Source of the DNA: Psammoneis japonica
Taxonomy: Eukaryota
NCBI GenBank assembly: GCA_008632985.1
Contig: QPGO01000002.1
Coordinates: forward strand, 682,001 to 746,000
Length of the DNA stretch: 64,000 bases
Reading direction: 5' to 3'
The stretch's first letter is position 1. Every line of letters begins with the position of its first letter. The notes below the pieces were generated by a model, which made no database searches, was not told the origin of the DNA, and was given only the letters and a program-made list of their open reading frames with translations. Positions 35,925 through 46,858 of the stretch are shown here, piece after piece. The position numbers and the translations under genes are program-made.

Positions 35925-37395
35925 TTACTCGACATTTTCTTCTTCTTCCTTGCGCATCTTGTTCAAGGTTTCTTCCATTGCATCCTGGGCAGCGCTTTGG
36001 TAAAGCCCTCTGACACTTCGCCTATCGCGCTCCGCCACTTCACTCTTTTGCGTTGCAAAGATTTCACCCAAATCCATAATCGCCTCGGCACGCTTCTTCC
36101 TGACGGCATCTTCAACGCTCTTGTCCGACACCACCTTCATGACGACTTCGTGAATCGTCGTACTGATATCAATGACGGTAACCTGCCACATCATCTCGAT
36201 ATAAGCAGGAAGCTGGTCTTCGCCCGCTTCGTCTCCAGCCTTTTGCATATTCTGAGCTCCCTGATAAGCCTTCATGGCGGCTCCTTGCTTCTTCTTGTGC
36301 TCAGATACCTTGGCTTCCATTCCTTCGCCCCAACTTCCAATACACTGTGTCGCCACATTCTTATACGTCGACCCGACTGTGCTGAGAATCTCTTCACCAT
36401 AACGAACCTCCACTAGACGCTTGGCTTCTGCCTTCCATTCTGCCTTGGCGGCTTGGGAATTGCCGCTGACGTGTTTTTGGACACGGTCTCGTAGTTTCAA
36501 AGCAAGCCGAATAATGCGGCGACTCTCGAGTTCACGCATTTCCTTTTGTCCGAGCTTGCCTTCGCTCATAATTTGCGTCACGAGTTGCAAACGACCGATA
36601 ATATCGTCAAAGGCATCCGAACCAAACAAAAAGGTAAAGATAAGAGACGGATCAATGCTTTCGGGCGATGCTTCGGTACGATCTCCGCTCAAGCCAGCTT
36701 CTCCCTCCTTGTCATAGACGGCACGCAATTTGGGATCCGAAAGTACTTGATAGGCTTCACCAATTTTCTGAAACTTCTCTTTAGCCTCTTCCGAGTCGTT
36801 GCGATCCGGATGCCACCTGCGTGTAATATAACATGGTAAATCAAAGCAAGTATGAGAGGCCAACCTGATCAAAACAATCCACATATCGGTATCCATCAAA
36901 GTGATATTGAGCATCAATTCCAAATTGTAAAGAGAACAAACGCGCTATGAATACCCACTTTCTTGCATTGACGTAATACGCTCGCTTAATTTTCTTCTCA
37001 TCGGCATCAGGAGGAACTCCAAGAGCTTCATAATAGGCCGTCTCCTTGACAGTTCCAGGCTTGGCAGACGCGGCAGCAGACGCGGCTTCCTCAGAAACTT
37101 CGTCTTCTTGTGGAGGTTTCAGAATATCCCCATCATCACTGGGCACACTCTTGAGTGTAGCTTCATCCTCCTCGAGATTGTCCAGGACCCACTTGCCCTG
37201 AATTGCATCCCAACGTTTGCCCTGCGCCTTTTGCACGCCCGACTCGGCACCCTGACAGCAACAGCATAAAATCAAGAGCGGAGAGCAAATGATGCAACAC
37301 AAACAACCGACGCATAATCCGATAATGCCTGGAGCTGGAGGTTGTTCCTCAGCATTAGCGGCAGCGCCACCGGATGGCTTGTTTTCCTCTGGCAT
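35925..37395 (-). CDS. DnaJ protein with DnaJ-X domain and N-terminal cysteine string; intron 36817-36958
   Basis: J domain YYEALGV...KWHPDRN...[14 protein letters not shown], restored by splicing a GT-AG intron. X-domain region follows ([12 protein letters not shown]...VIDI.TT). Confidence 0.9.
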
Positions 37396-37775
37396 GTGGT
37401 AAAGATCTTTTTTTCAGAGAAAATGAATGGATCGCTGAAGCTTCAATAATATACCCGATTCTTGACTCGTGTGCTGTCGGCTGTCGGCGCTGTCGGGGGT
37501 TGGAGCGAATGGGAAGTTGTGAAGATCGAAAAAATCGGCGACATGGCACCTTTTTTCTACGTAGAATTCAACGTGAATTTTGTACGAAATTTTGCTGAGC
37601 ACATTCACCGAAAGCCCATCGCTATGCGTAGAATTGTACGTCCATTATTTTGATTTTGTACCATACCGACCATCCATCCATCCAACGGTGGATTATCAGA
37701 AAGCACAACCACCAAAACGCTATCGGTGGAGAAGATCGTACCGGTAATAGAATGTGTAGAAATAATGAGAAAGCC

Positions 37776-39506
37776 ATGTCATTGACGATGAAGATGGCAT
37801 CGTCAAAAAGAAAAGGGGTAGCTACAATGGTCAGAGCGTCCCTCGCGCTCGTTTTGCTGTCTTCTTTGCGTTCTTATGGATTCACGGTATCGCCATGCAA
37901 TCGGCGCTTTTCTTCTACACGGCTCAACGAGGCCATTATTCCGGAAGAATGTTCTCTGGAAGCGGAAAATGCCGACGAATGCCTGGCTTTAACGGGATAC
38001 AAGGCAACGCAGAAATCCTTTGTCACGGTACAACAAGTCTTTGTGGCCGAGATTGAATCCTTGCGTGATCGTTTTCCGTCTTTTGAAGAAACAGGTACAA
38101 CGCGGGGCTCCAACATGATCAAGTTTAACAAGCGTCTTGGAGGAAAGCATGTCTTGCACAACAAGCCGAAGGAAAACACGCATGTCGCAAATTTGGAATA
38201 CAACGAATTGATCAGTGACGATGAAGTCGTCTTGGTGGACACGGTCCGAAAGCCCGGCATGAGAAGCATATCGCGAGCCTTTCATCGATCGGGGCCACGC
38301 AAGTTGTTGCATTTTGACCCATCCAAGGTCAATGCCGCCATTGTCACGTGCGGAGGACTTTGTCCCGGATTGAACAATGTCATTCGGGAGCTTACGCATT
38401 CGTTGTACTATCTGTATGGTGCGAATCAAGTCTATGGTATTACCGGAGGATTTCACGGTTTTCACAAGGCAGAGTACCAGCCGGTTTTGTTAACCAATGA
38501 GAATGTCGAGAACATTCATCACGACGGTGGCACGGTGCTTCGATCATCTCGAGGTGGCTTTGATATTGACAAGATTCTCAGCTTTCTTCAAGACCGAAAC
38601 ATTTCGCAGCTATACATTATTGGTGGTGACGGTACGCATCGTGGTGCCTATGCCATTCACGAAGCTTGTGTGGAGCGCAATCTCAATATTGCAGTCGCCG
38701 GAATCCCCAAAACAATTGACAATGATGTGGACTATATTGATCGCTCGTTTGGCTTTCAGTCTGCCGTGGAGGCCGCACAGGCTGGTATTCGCACCGCCAA
38801 GACGGAAGCCATGTGTAATGCTCCAAACGGAATTGGCATGATCAAGCTCATGGGACGATCGGCGGGATTCTTGGCTGCCTTTGCCGCATTGGGCTCGGGT
38901 GATGTTGATTTGGTCTTGCTACCAGAAGTGCCAATTGTACTGGAAGGCGACGATGGTATCTTGCCGTTTCTTCGTCAACGAATCAAGGAACAAAAGTATG
39001 CGGTTGTGGTGATTGCCGAAGGTGCGGGTGAAGAATTGCTGGGCGTATCCGATCAAGTGGATAAAGGCGGCAACCGTGCACTTCCCGAGATTGGACCATT
39101 CTTGCAAAAAGCGGTCAAGGACTACTTTACTACTTTTGATGAGGAGTGCACCATCAAATACATTGATCCAAGCTACACGGTTCGCTCCGTTCCCGCGAAT
39201 GCAGCAGATTCACTCTATTGTCAACAGCTCGCCATGGATGCCGTCCATGGTTGTATGAGTGGTTTGACTGGCTTTAGTGTGGGTGTCGTCAACAAGGCGC
39301 CGGTCTATGTACCAATTCCACAACTTGTCGCGACGTCACCACGGAATATGAACCCGCATGGGACAACCTATGAGAGGATTCTGGCCATGACGGGACAGCC
39401 AAATACGGTCGGACCCAAAAAGTCAGTCGAGATGACCATTGACGCCGATGAGATGATGGAGGACTTGACTATTGAAAGCGGCATGCCAGAGCCTACAGCC
39501 CATTAA
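37776..39506 (+). CDS. PFK: ATP-dependent 6-phosphofructokinase (plant/protist type), probably plastid-targeted; start codon uncertain (37752, 37776 or 37827)
   Basis: AAIVTCGGLCPGLNNVIRE, GGTVLRSSRGG, IIGGDGT, GIPKTIDND, KLMGRSAG, KYIDPSY motifs; signal peptide ending SYG-FTV. Confidence 0.95.
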   Translation: MSLTMKMASSKRKGVATMVRASLALVLLSSLRSYGFTVSPCNRRFSSTRLNEAIIPEECSLEAENADECLALTGYKATQKSFVTVQQVFVAEIESLRDRFPSFEETGTTRGSNMIKFNKRLGGKHVLHNKPKENTHVANLEYNELISDDEVVLVDTVRKPGMRSISRAFHRSGPRKLLHFDPSKVNAAIVTCGGLCPGLNNVIRELTHSLYYLYGANQVYGITGGFHGFHKAEYQPVLLTNENVENIHHDGGTVLRSSRGGFDIDKILSFLQDRNISQLYIIGGDGTHRGAYAIHEACVERNLNIAVAGIPKTIDNDVDYIDRSFGFQSAVEAAQAGIRTAKTEAMCNAPNGIGMIKLMGRSAGFLAAFAALGSGDVDLVLLPEVPIVLEGDDGILPFLRQRIKEQKYAVVVIAEGAGEELLGVSDQVDKGGNRALPEIGPFLQKAVKDYFTTFDEECTIKYIDPSYTVRSVPANAADSLYCQQLAMDAVHGCMSGLTGFSVGVVNKAPVYVPIPQLVATSPRNMNPHGTTYERILAMTGQPNTVGPKKSVEMTIDADEMMEDLTIESGMPEPTAH

Positions 39507-39789
39507 TGTACTATCAATTTACGAAGCAGAAAGACAAAAGTAAAACAGATACGAAACTAGAGTCAAGGCTTATAATAATATGCTATCCCAAAATGTGGAT
39601 GCTGCAAAATTCTTCTAAAGTGCTGTCTTTCGTGAAAGATTTGCTCCCATGCTGAGAGCTATCTCCACTCTAATCGTTGCGGTAAAACATGCAGCAGCAT
39701 CACAGGCTACAGTTTAGCTTCATAGAAACAGACGGCGCGGTGTTATGATTGGATGGACTAGCACGATCGTCTGCTGTAAGCTCAATGCG

Positions 39790-40380
39790 CACACCAAAAG
39801 CGGACGCGTCGTTGCGGTTTCTGAGCGGTGTGGTCCTCCAGCTCATGTTTTGTGACACTCGTCTGCAAAACCGTCCAAGATCCGTTGAGATTCGCAACGA
39901 CATTGCTTCTTTCTCAAGTCCGTAAAGGAACGCGGGTTTGGGAGTATAATAGGTCAGGATCATTGCGGTCCTTGCGCCCCTCTCCGGGAGAATCGCTTGA
40001 TGCTCGTCCAAAGTCAACCTCCACATCGACGCCTGCGTCTGTGTCAGGCATTTATTCTTCGTTTGGCTCGGCATCCCAGGTTGAGGCGTCTCGGGAGGGG
40101 CGGGCGAACTCTTTTTCGATTTTCTTCTCAGCTGGCGTTTCTTAAGGGGAGTATACAGATTTGGTTGCCTTGTTGTCAGATTTCTTGGCGAACAACTTTG
40201 ATGTCTGCATGGATTTTGAAGAATCCCGCTTCCAAAACTTGGGTTTGGCAGAGTTCATTTCCCTATTGGCGTCCATATCTTCGGAATCGGCAAATCTCCA
40301 AGAAATTGACGGACCGTCACCTCTTCCCCTCGAGATAGAGGCAGCCTCCTCTTGTGCTGAAATATCCTCACCGCAGGGTC
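39790..40380 (-). pseudogene. Possible decayed coding sequence
   Basis: One minus-strand frame reads as protein-like (K/E/S-rich) for ~190 codons with three in-frame stops; no domain recognised. Confidence 0.25.
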
Positions 40381-41525
40381 ATGGCAGAGTCTTTATGGCC
40401 AGGACAGTTTTTCCATAATGAGGACACATGACAGGTTGTACTATGACAATCCAGCGATTGAATATATCGTCGGATTCAAAAATTGTTGCCACATTTGGCC
40501 CCGGCAGCAGATAGACAGCCGCGTTCTTTCCGAAGCTTACAACAAGTACCATAATATGAAGTTTTCAACAATAGCGACAACTCTCCTCCCATTGCATTGC
40601 ATAGAACCAGCTGGGAAGATACTTGAGCACATTTAGTGAGCATATACAACTTCTCTGCTGCACAGTACTGTATACGTGAAAACAATCGTTTGCGTGCAAG
40701 GCTCACAACTCACAATCGCTCACAAAACCCTGCGCTAGATATCCTGAATGACGACCCTGGTTGCTCGGGCGCATATGGGATTCTTGCTTGACAGCAGAGA
40801 AATGCATCTAAAACGATATCACGACGCATATTTGTCGTCTTGTTAGCAACAATACATTGGGCAAGTCGCTATATCTCATGATGGGGAGTAAGCGTCTGTC
40901 CCAACAACAAGCAAAACAAAAGCAAAATGTGAGGTGTTTGATCGGCTTTCAGGCTTCAGGCTGTGCAGGTCATCACCTTACGTACATTACAGCCCTTTAA
41001 AAATGAAGGACAAGCCAGACCCTCGAAACAATGTTCATTTTGCGGCAACATTGCGCATCAACGTCAACGCCCCCCGCCCCGCCAATACAAAGCGCAATCG
41101 TCATTTTGTGTGTGCCATCTGACGGAGGTTGGAGAGTTTCTTCCCGCGATCCATCGCGAACTTGAGCGACGCGCCAGAAAGGTCAAACGGCAGAATGTGA
41201 CATCATTCTAGCTTAAGTAAATTGTGACGTCATGTCGCACTTTCTGTCGTATCCCAGCTTATGTGTCCATTGTACAAGTGTTCTACATATTTCTTGTACC
41301 AATCTATTTCACCCAATCGTACGCACTTACGACATTGACGAACCCGAATCTTCCTATTGGTCAAGCGGAATTTTGAACCGAATTTTGATCGCAGCAGTCA
41401 AAAAGCCGACCATTGATGGCCTTCGCGTTGCAACTGCGGGCAGGTTGCTTTTCGCAGCAGGTGACTTGCTAGCGAGTAGTGTGAATAAGAACATCCATGC
41501 GAAGAATCTAATAGCATCAATCACC

Positions 41526-43993
41526 ATGATGTCCTTGTTGGCACGTAATAGACAAGTCGCAGTAGCGGCGGGTGCGACAGTCATGGGTCTCGTGGTAAAT
41601 CATTATCTACTGAGTCAAGAAGACGACGAAGAACTAGCACAACAACATCAACATCAGGACGAATTGTCTGTCATGGCACTTTCCAATCACGCGCAATGTG
41701 AAGCAGGAGGAGGCTTTTTAACTGCATCATCATCATCATCATCACTTGGTGTACCCAATGGTTTTAGTGCTCGCCGTTTGCAACGACACTCGACTCTCGA
41801 AGCATTGAAAGAATCCGCAATTCTCGATTCGAGTTTGGAATCACGTTATGCTGTGCAATGGCGAAAACCCCTCGGCGAAGGAACCTTTGGTGCCGTCTTT
41901 GAAGCCATGGACCGAAAAACGGGAGAACGCGTGGCGGTGAAACAAATCAACAAACGATACACAGACAATGCCACCTTTCAACGAGAAATGGATGCGCTGC
42001 TGTTTCTTCGAGAAAACGGGGGACATCCCAACATTTGTAGCATGAGAGAAAACTACGATGAGGGGGATTACTTTTATCTCGTACTGGATTTGGTGTCTGG
42101 ACGAGAAATGTTTGAACAACTTTGTCACGCGGGACCGTATTCCGAAGCGGATGCGGCTCGACTTGTACAAGAGGCGGCGTCGGCCTTGGCCTTTCTGCAT
42201 GGTATTGGAATGATTCATACGGATTTGAAGCCAGAGGTAAGTTGAGTAGAATCAGGGGGAACGTTGGTTTCCGTTGCGCTTATACTTACTTACATGTGAC
42301 TTATACAACGTTATTCTCCACAAAGAACCTCATGTTGTCGGCCACAGACAACAAGAACGCCGTCATCAAGCTGGTAGACTTGGGCTGTGCTCACTTTGTC
42401 GGCGTTCATCCGGACCACGAGCAACGTGCCAAAGGAACAGCCAACACACCCGCCTATTGTCCACCTGAAGTGCTGTTGGAGACTCGTCGTGAACGCGAGG
42501 ACCCTCAACATCATCACGTTCACATCGATCCGTCCTTTGACATGTGGTCCTTGGGCATTGTCATTTACGTCATGCTGGTGGGCGTTCATCCCTTTGACTT
42601 GTACGGACGTGCGACGGACCAAGAGATTGAAGACCGCATCATATCCGGTGAAAAGCCACCACTCCGCGGTTTCAAACACGCCAAGCATCTTTCCGAAGAC
42701 GCCATGTGCTTGATTGAAGGCCTCATGGAATCGGACCCTCAAAAGCGCATGACGGCTCAACAAGTTTTGAACAATCGATGGGTCCGTGGAGAGACGGCCA
42801 CCTCCAAGAAGATTGCAAACAGCGACAAGCGACTCAATGCCTACCGCAAGTACAAGACGCAGATTGGATCGACATTCTTCAAGACGCTGCTGTCGCAAAC
42901 GGATGCAATTCATCAGTCCAACACGAAGGAACGTATACCCGTCTTGGAAATGGCCTTTCGGAGATTGGATACAGGAAGTCGTGGATACCTTACAACAAGT
43001 GAAATGCACGATGGTGAAGCTGGAGGCGATGATACCAAAATGAGCTTTTCCGATGTATCATCACTACTTGCCGAAAACATGCAGAACCGGTACTTTGGCA
43101 AGAACCACGTTGTCTTTAAGCAAGGCGAAAAGGGCGACTCCATGTATCTCATCAACTCGGGTACCGTCGAGGTGACAACGACGGATGGCTTCAAAAAGAC
43201 GCGAGGGTCGGGTGAGATTTTTGGACAAGATGTCTTGATGAATGCCAAGGGCGAGCACTCTAGCACGGTAACCTGCAAGACACCGGTACACGTGTTGGAA
43301 GTCTCTCGCGACTTGTATGAAAAGTACGTTGCCTCGGACAAGGAGACCTTTCTGAGCATGGCCGAGACGGATCGACACCGAAGACGAGAACGTGCCAGCA
43401 CAATTTTGAGTCTCAACAAGAAATGCCGCGTTCAGAACTTTCACAAGGGCGACAAGATCTTTTCCGAAGGACAAAAGGGAAACAAGCTCTACATGAAGAT
43501 GGAGGGTGACATTGACATTTCCGTTCATGGACACAAGGTGCGGTCGTTGCGACCGAGTGAAATGACGGGCGAGCACGCTGTCTACTTTGGCAAGCCCTAC
43601 AATGTCACGGCCCAGTGTGTCAGTGACTCGTGCAAGGTTTCCGTGTTGCCCGCCAAGGTGATGCACCAGCTCTTTCGTGCCGACCCGACGCTTCGTGATG
43701 ACTTTCGAGAACTCATGCTTCGACGTGACTTTAAGAAAGCGGTGTGTACCGAAATCAAACGTACCTTTCCAAGGACCAAGGAGGAGATTCGGGAAGCGTT
43801 TGATATGATTGATACAAACGAGTCGGGAGAGATTGCGTATGACAAGGTCTGTGACATGGTCTGGAAGTTTGATCCCACATACAACGAAGAAGATATCCGT
43901 GATATGTTTGAAACGCTCAACTTGATCAAGAATGATCGAGGGTTGACATGGGAAGAGTTTAGCCGAATCTTTGCCATGGACAAGGAAGCTTAG
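41526..43993 (+). CDS. CAMK-type Ser/Thr kinase with EF-hands and two cyclic-nucleotide-binding domains; intron 42237-42325
   Basis: LGEGTFG, VAVK, HTDLKPE|NL, DLG, DMWSLG; EF-hand-like LDTGSRGYL and IDTNESGEI; cNMP domains (VFKQGEKGDSMYLINSGTVEV, IFSEGQKGNKLY). Confidence 0.92.
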
Positions 43994-44056
43994 CGTCTTA
44001 CATTTTTGTACAGTAATATATAACGATTTTGTTGCATCTTATCTTTCTATTTACTG

Positions 44057-44080
44057 GAGAGAGAGAGAGAGAGAGAGAGA
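44057..44080. repeat. (GA)n microsatellite
   Basis: Pure ga run 3' of the kinase gene. Confidence 0.95.
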
Positions 44081-45281
44081 TGAGTCAAGTCCCATCAAAC
44101 AATTAAAACTCATCTTGTGATACCTGGTATGCTATCGATCCAGCGGGACAATTGAACGTAACAATGAACGAAGAATGTGATCAGGAAGTAACGGAATACA
44201 CCACACTCTCTACCAGTGGCCGGTGAATCGTGAGCGAATGAGCCAGCTAACACGAGCATCATCAAGCAAACCCAAAACAGAATCGTCGAAAGCGTACCAT
44301 ACAAAGTAGACGCCATCGTCGGCGGCATCTAGTTCGGCCAAAGAGCGATGTGTCACAGAAAATTGGTACCCCTAACGCAACACGGGCAGTACATGGTTTG
44401 GCAGTCACGCCTACCTCCAACGACGCCCCGCCAGCTCTGTTTTCATCATCTGAGAGAGAATGTAATGCCCGTTGTCTTGGACCCTCGACAATAGATACCG
44501 TACAAATTTTGCAGTAACGTAGGCGATACCATTTAAAGAGTGATGACACGAGTAGCAAAGAAGCAAGAGATCCCTGCGGTCCAGACACACTACTGTTGGG
44601 TGTTGGGAAGCGTTGGCTTTTTTTCACATGCGGTCGCACTCATTCTCTCTCTGTTCAAGACGTTGTTCGCTAATGAACTGTAGTTACCGTCTCACTGGCT
44701 GTTTTAATAAATGATGGTATGACTGTCTTCTTGGACTCGGCATTCAGAATTGTATCTAAATCAGGATGCGAATCCAATAATGTCTCGAGGCACTCAAAGG
44801 TTGCTGCTCAAAGCAGTTTAGTAAACCCACGGTTATACCTTTCTACACTCTAGAGACGATACGGATACTATGGGTGACAAATCGTTCCAATTGTTCGTCG
44901 GAGTGTGTCACGAGAATGATAAGAATACCGGAATCAATGAGGGCCGGTTCTACCAACAACGAAGCTTTCTTGTCGAGTGCGACCATGGATTCATGTAAGA
45001 GCAGAACTATTGGTTTCAACGATAGTGCAAGTGAGGAACGTTGTGCTTCCCCTATGACGGTCCGATGATGCAGTTGTTTTCTTCTGGAAATTTTCTGTTT
45101 GACGTGGCCAATGTCGAGAGGAAAATATTCTCTGTAATAACAAAGACATTATTTTGACGAGATCTCCAAATGACGGGACAATATCGCCAAGAGGAGCAGT
45201 TTGCATGACGTCGGAGGGAAAAGAAAAGAGCCACTTTCCTGAGCTCGCATACCACCGGGAACATTGCCGCCACCAAGGAAC

Positions 45282-45600
45282 AAACCTGCCGTTTCAGTAG
45301 GAATCCGTGGCATTCACATGGCTTCCAGTACAAAAGATTTTGAATTGTTGGTGTGAACGGTCTGCCGTTTCAGTAGGAATTCGTGGCATTCACGTGGCTT
45401 CCAGTACAAAAGATTTTGAATTGTTGGTGTGAAACGGTCGGCCGTTTCAGTACAGTAGGAATCCGTGGCATTACGTGGCTTCCAGTACAAACATTCGAGC
45501 TGCCGTTACCCATGAGCAAACCTGCCGTTTCAGTAGGAATACGTGGAATTCACGTAGCTTCCAGTACAAAAGATTTTGGATTGCTGGAGTGAAACGGTCG
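45282..45600. repeat. Degenerate tandem array, 4 x ~80 bp
   Basis: Core gccgtttcagtaggaatccgtggcattcacgtggcttccagtacaaa recurs at about 45287, 45364, 45441 and 45524. Confidence 0.9.
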
Positions 45601-45769
45601 CTGCAAATGTCAGTGTTGAGAGAGGAATTCGTAGAAGCTGGTACAAGATCTACGGAAGGAGACTGCCCATGTCCACGAATTTCCCGTGACTGCTCATTCA
45701 GTCTCCTCATTCCTTGCTCTCACAATTTGCTCGAGACGCACTTTGACCCCTTGCTTCACAGCGTTCACG

Positions 45770-46584
45770 ATGCTCACTTTTTTCTCCAAGTTCGCAAGCC
45801 GCAAAGCTGTGATTGACGATGGTGCGTCTGAAGCGAAGCGCACGATGTGTCGTCGCCTCCGCAGCACGGCGAAAACCCTCAAGATGTCTCTGAAGAAGTT
45901 CCTCCGCATGCCGCGAGAAGAGCAAGTCGAGATGATCGAAGAGTTCGAAGCCCACGCCAAGTCGATCGAGAACGAGGTCGACAGATCGAAGGAGGCAGCT
46001 GCGATTCGACGCGCGCGGATTAGGGAGCTGGAGAGCATGGTCGACGAGCTCTCATTGGAGCTGTGCGACGAACGCAGGCTCGAGCAAGTGGACCGAGCCA
46101 ACGTGGCTGATGGCGAGAAGAGTGGCTTGCGACCATCCAGCCCAAGATTGCGACGTTTCGTGATGCGCTCGAGAAGCAGAAGGAGATTTTTAAGTGTCCT
46201 CAGATGACTTTGCAGGAAATTTGGTTTGCTTTCCGCCTCAAGGACAGGGCAGATGTGAAGGCCATTGCGTCGCCGTACGCGGGCTACTTGATCCTTCAAA
46301 CTCTGAACACGCATGGCTATGACTTCCATGAGGCTTACCCCCTTTCGGAACCCATTGATCTCTCCAAGACCATGACGACGGCAGAGGAATACCAAGAGTA
46401 CATTGCTCGTATCTTGCTCATCAACATGGAGACACCCTCTAGGAAGCGCGAGGCCTTGGATATGTTGGAGTCGGCTCCGTCGGCTGATGACGAGGATGAT
46501 GCGGAGGACGGCGCGGACGGTACCCATGAAGGATCTGAAGCCTTCTCCCCCCCCACCAAGAAGGCCAAGACGGAAGGCAATTAG
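45770..46584 (+). CDS. Hypothetical coiled-coil protein with acidic tail and NLS-like end, split by one frameshift near 46110-46120
   Basis: The first ORF is a charged coiled coil. The second frame is open from 46111 (EEWLATIQPK...) through to PPTKKAKTEGN*. Confidence 0.5.
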
Positions 46585-46858
46585 ATTGGGGCGGAGTCCA
46601 TTTACATTAGGTAGTATAGGCAGTAATAGTGTAGCTCATTATTCTGTAAGAAAACTCTAGAAGGTACAGTAGCAATCTTCCATAGTATCAAATAGGTTCA
46701 TAGGCTCAGCGTCGGTCCAACTACATCAGCTCGGTTTACCTTCGGTACGGTGGGAAACGAGAGAGACTAACTCGCTGCGAAAGGAATACACTCTCATTAA
46801 AAAGCACGTGTAGTCGGAAAGAAAATATCAATTCTCATAATATTATCATATCATCTTG

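Noticed and set aside
45282..45600. CRISPR array
   Set aside because: The linkers between cores are themselves repeated rather than unique, and there are no cas genes.
45694..46527. 277-aa minus-strand ORF
   Set aside because: It is an antisense shadow of the plus-strand coiled-coil gene.
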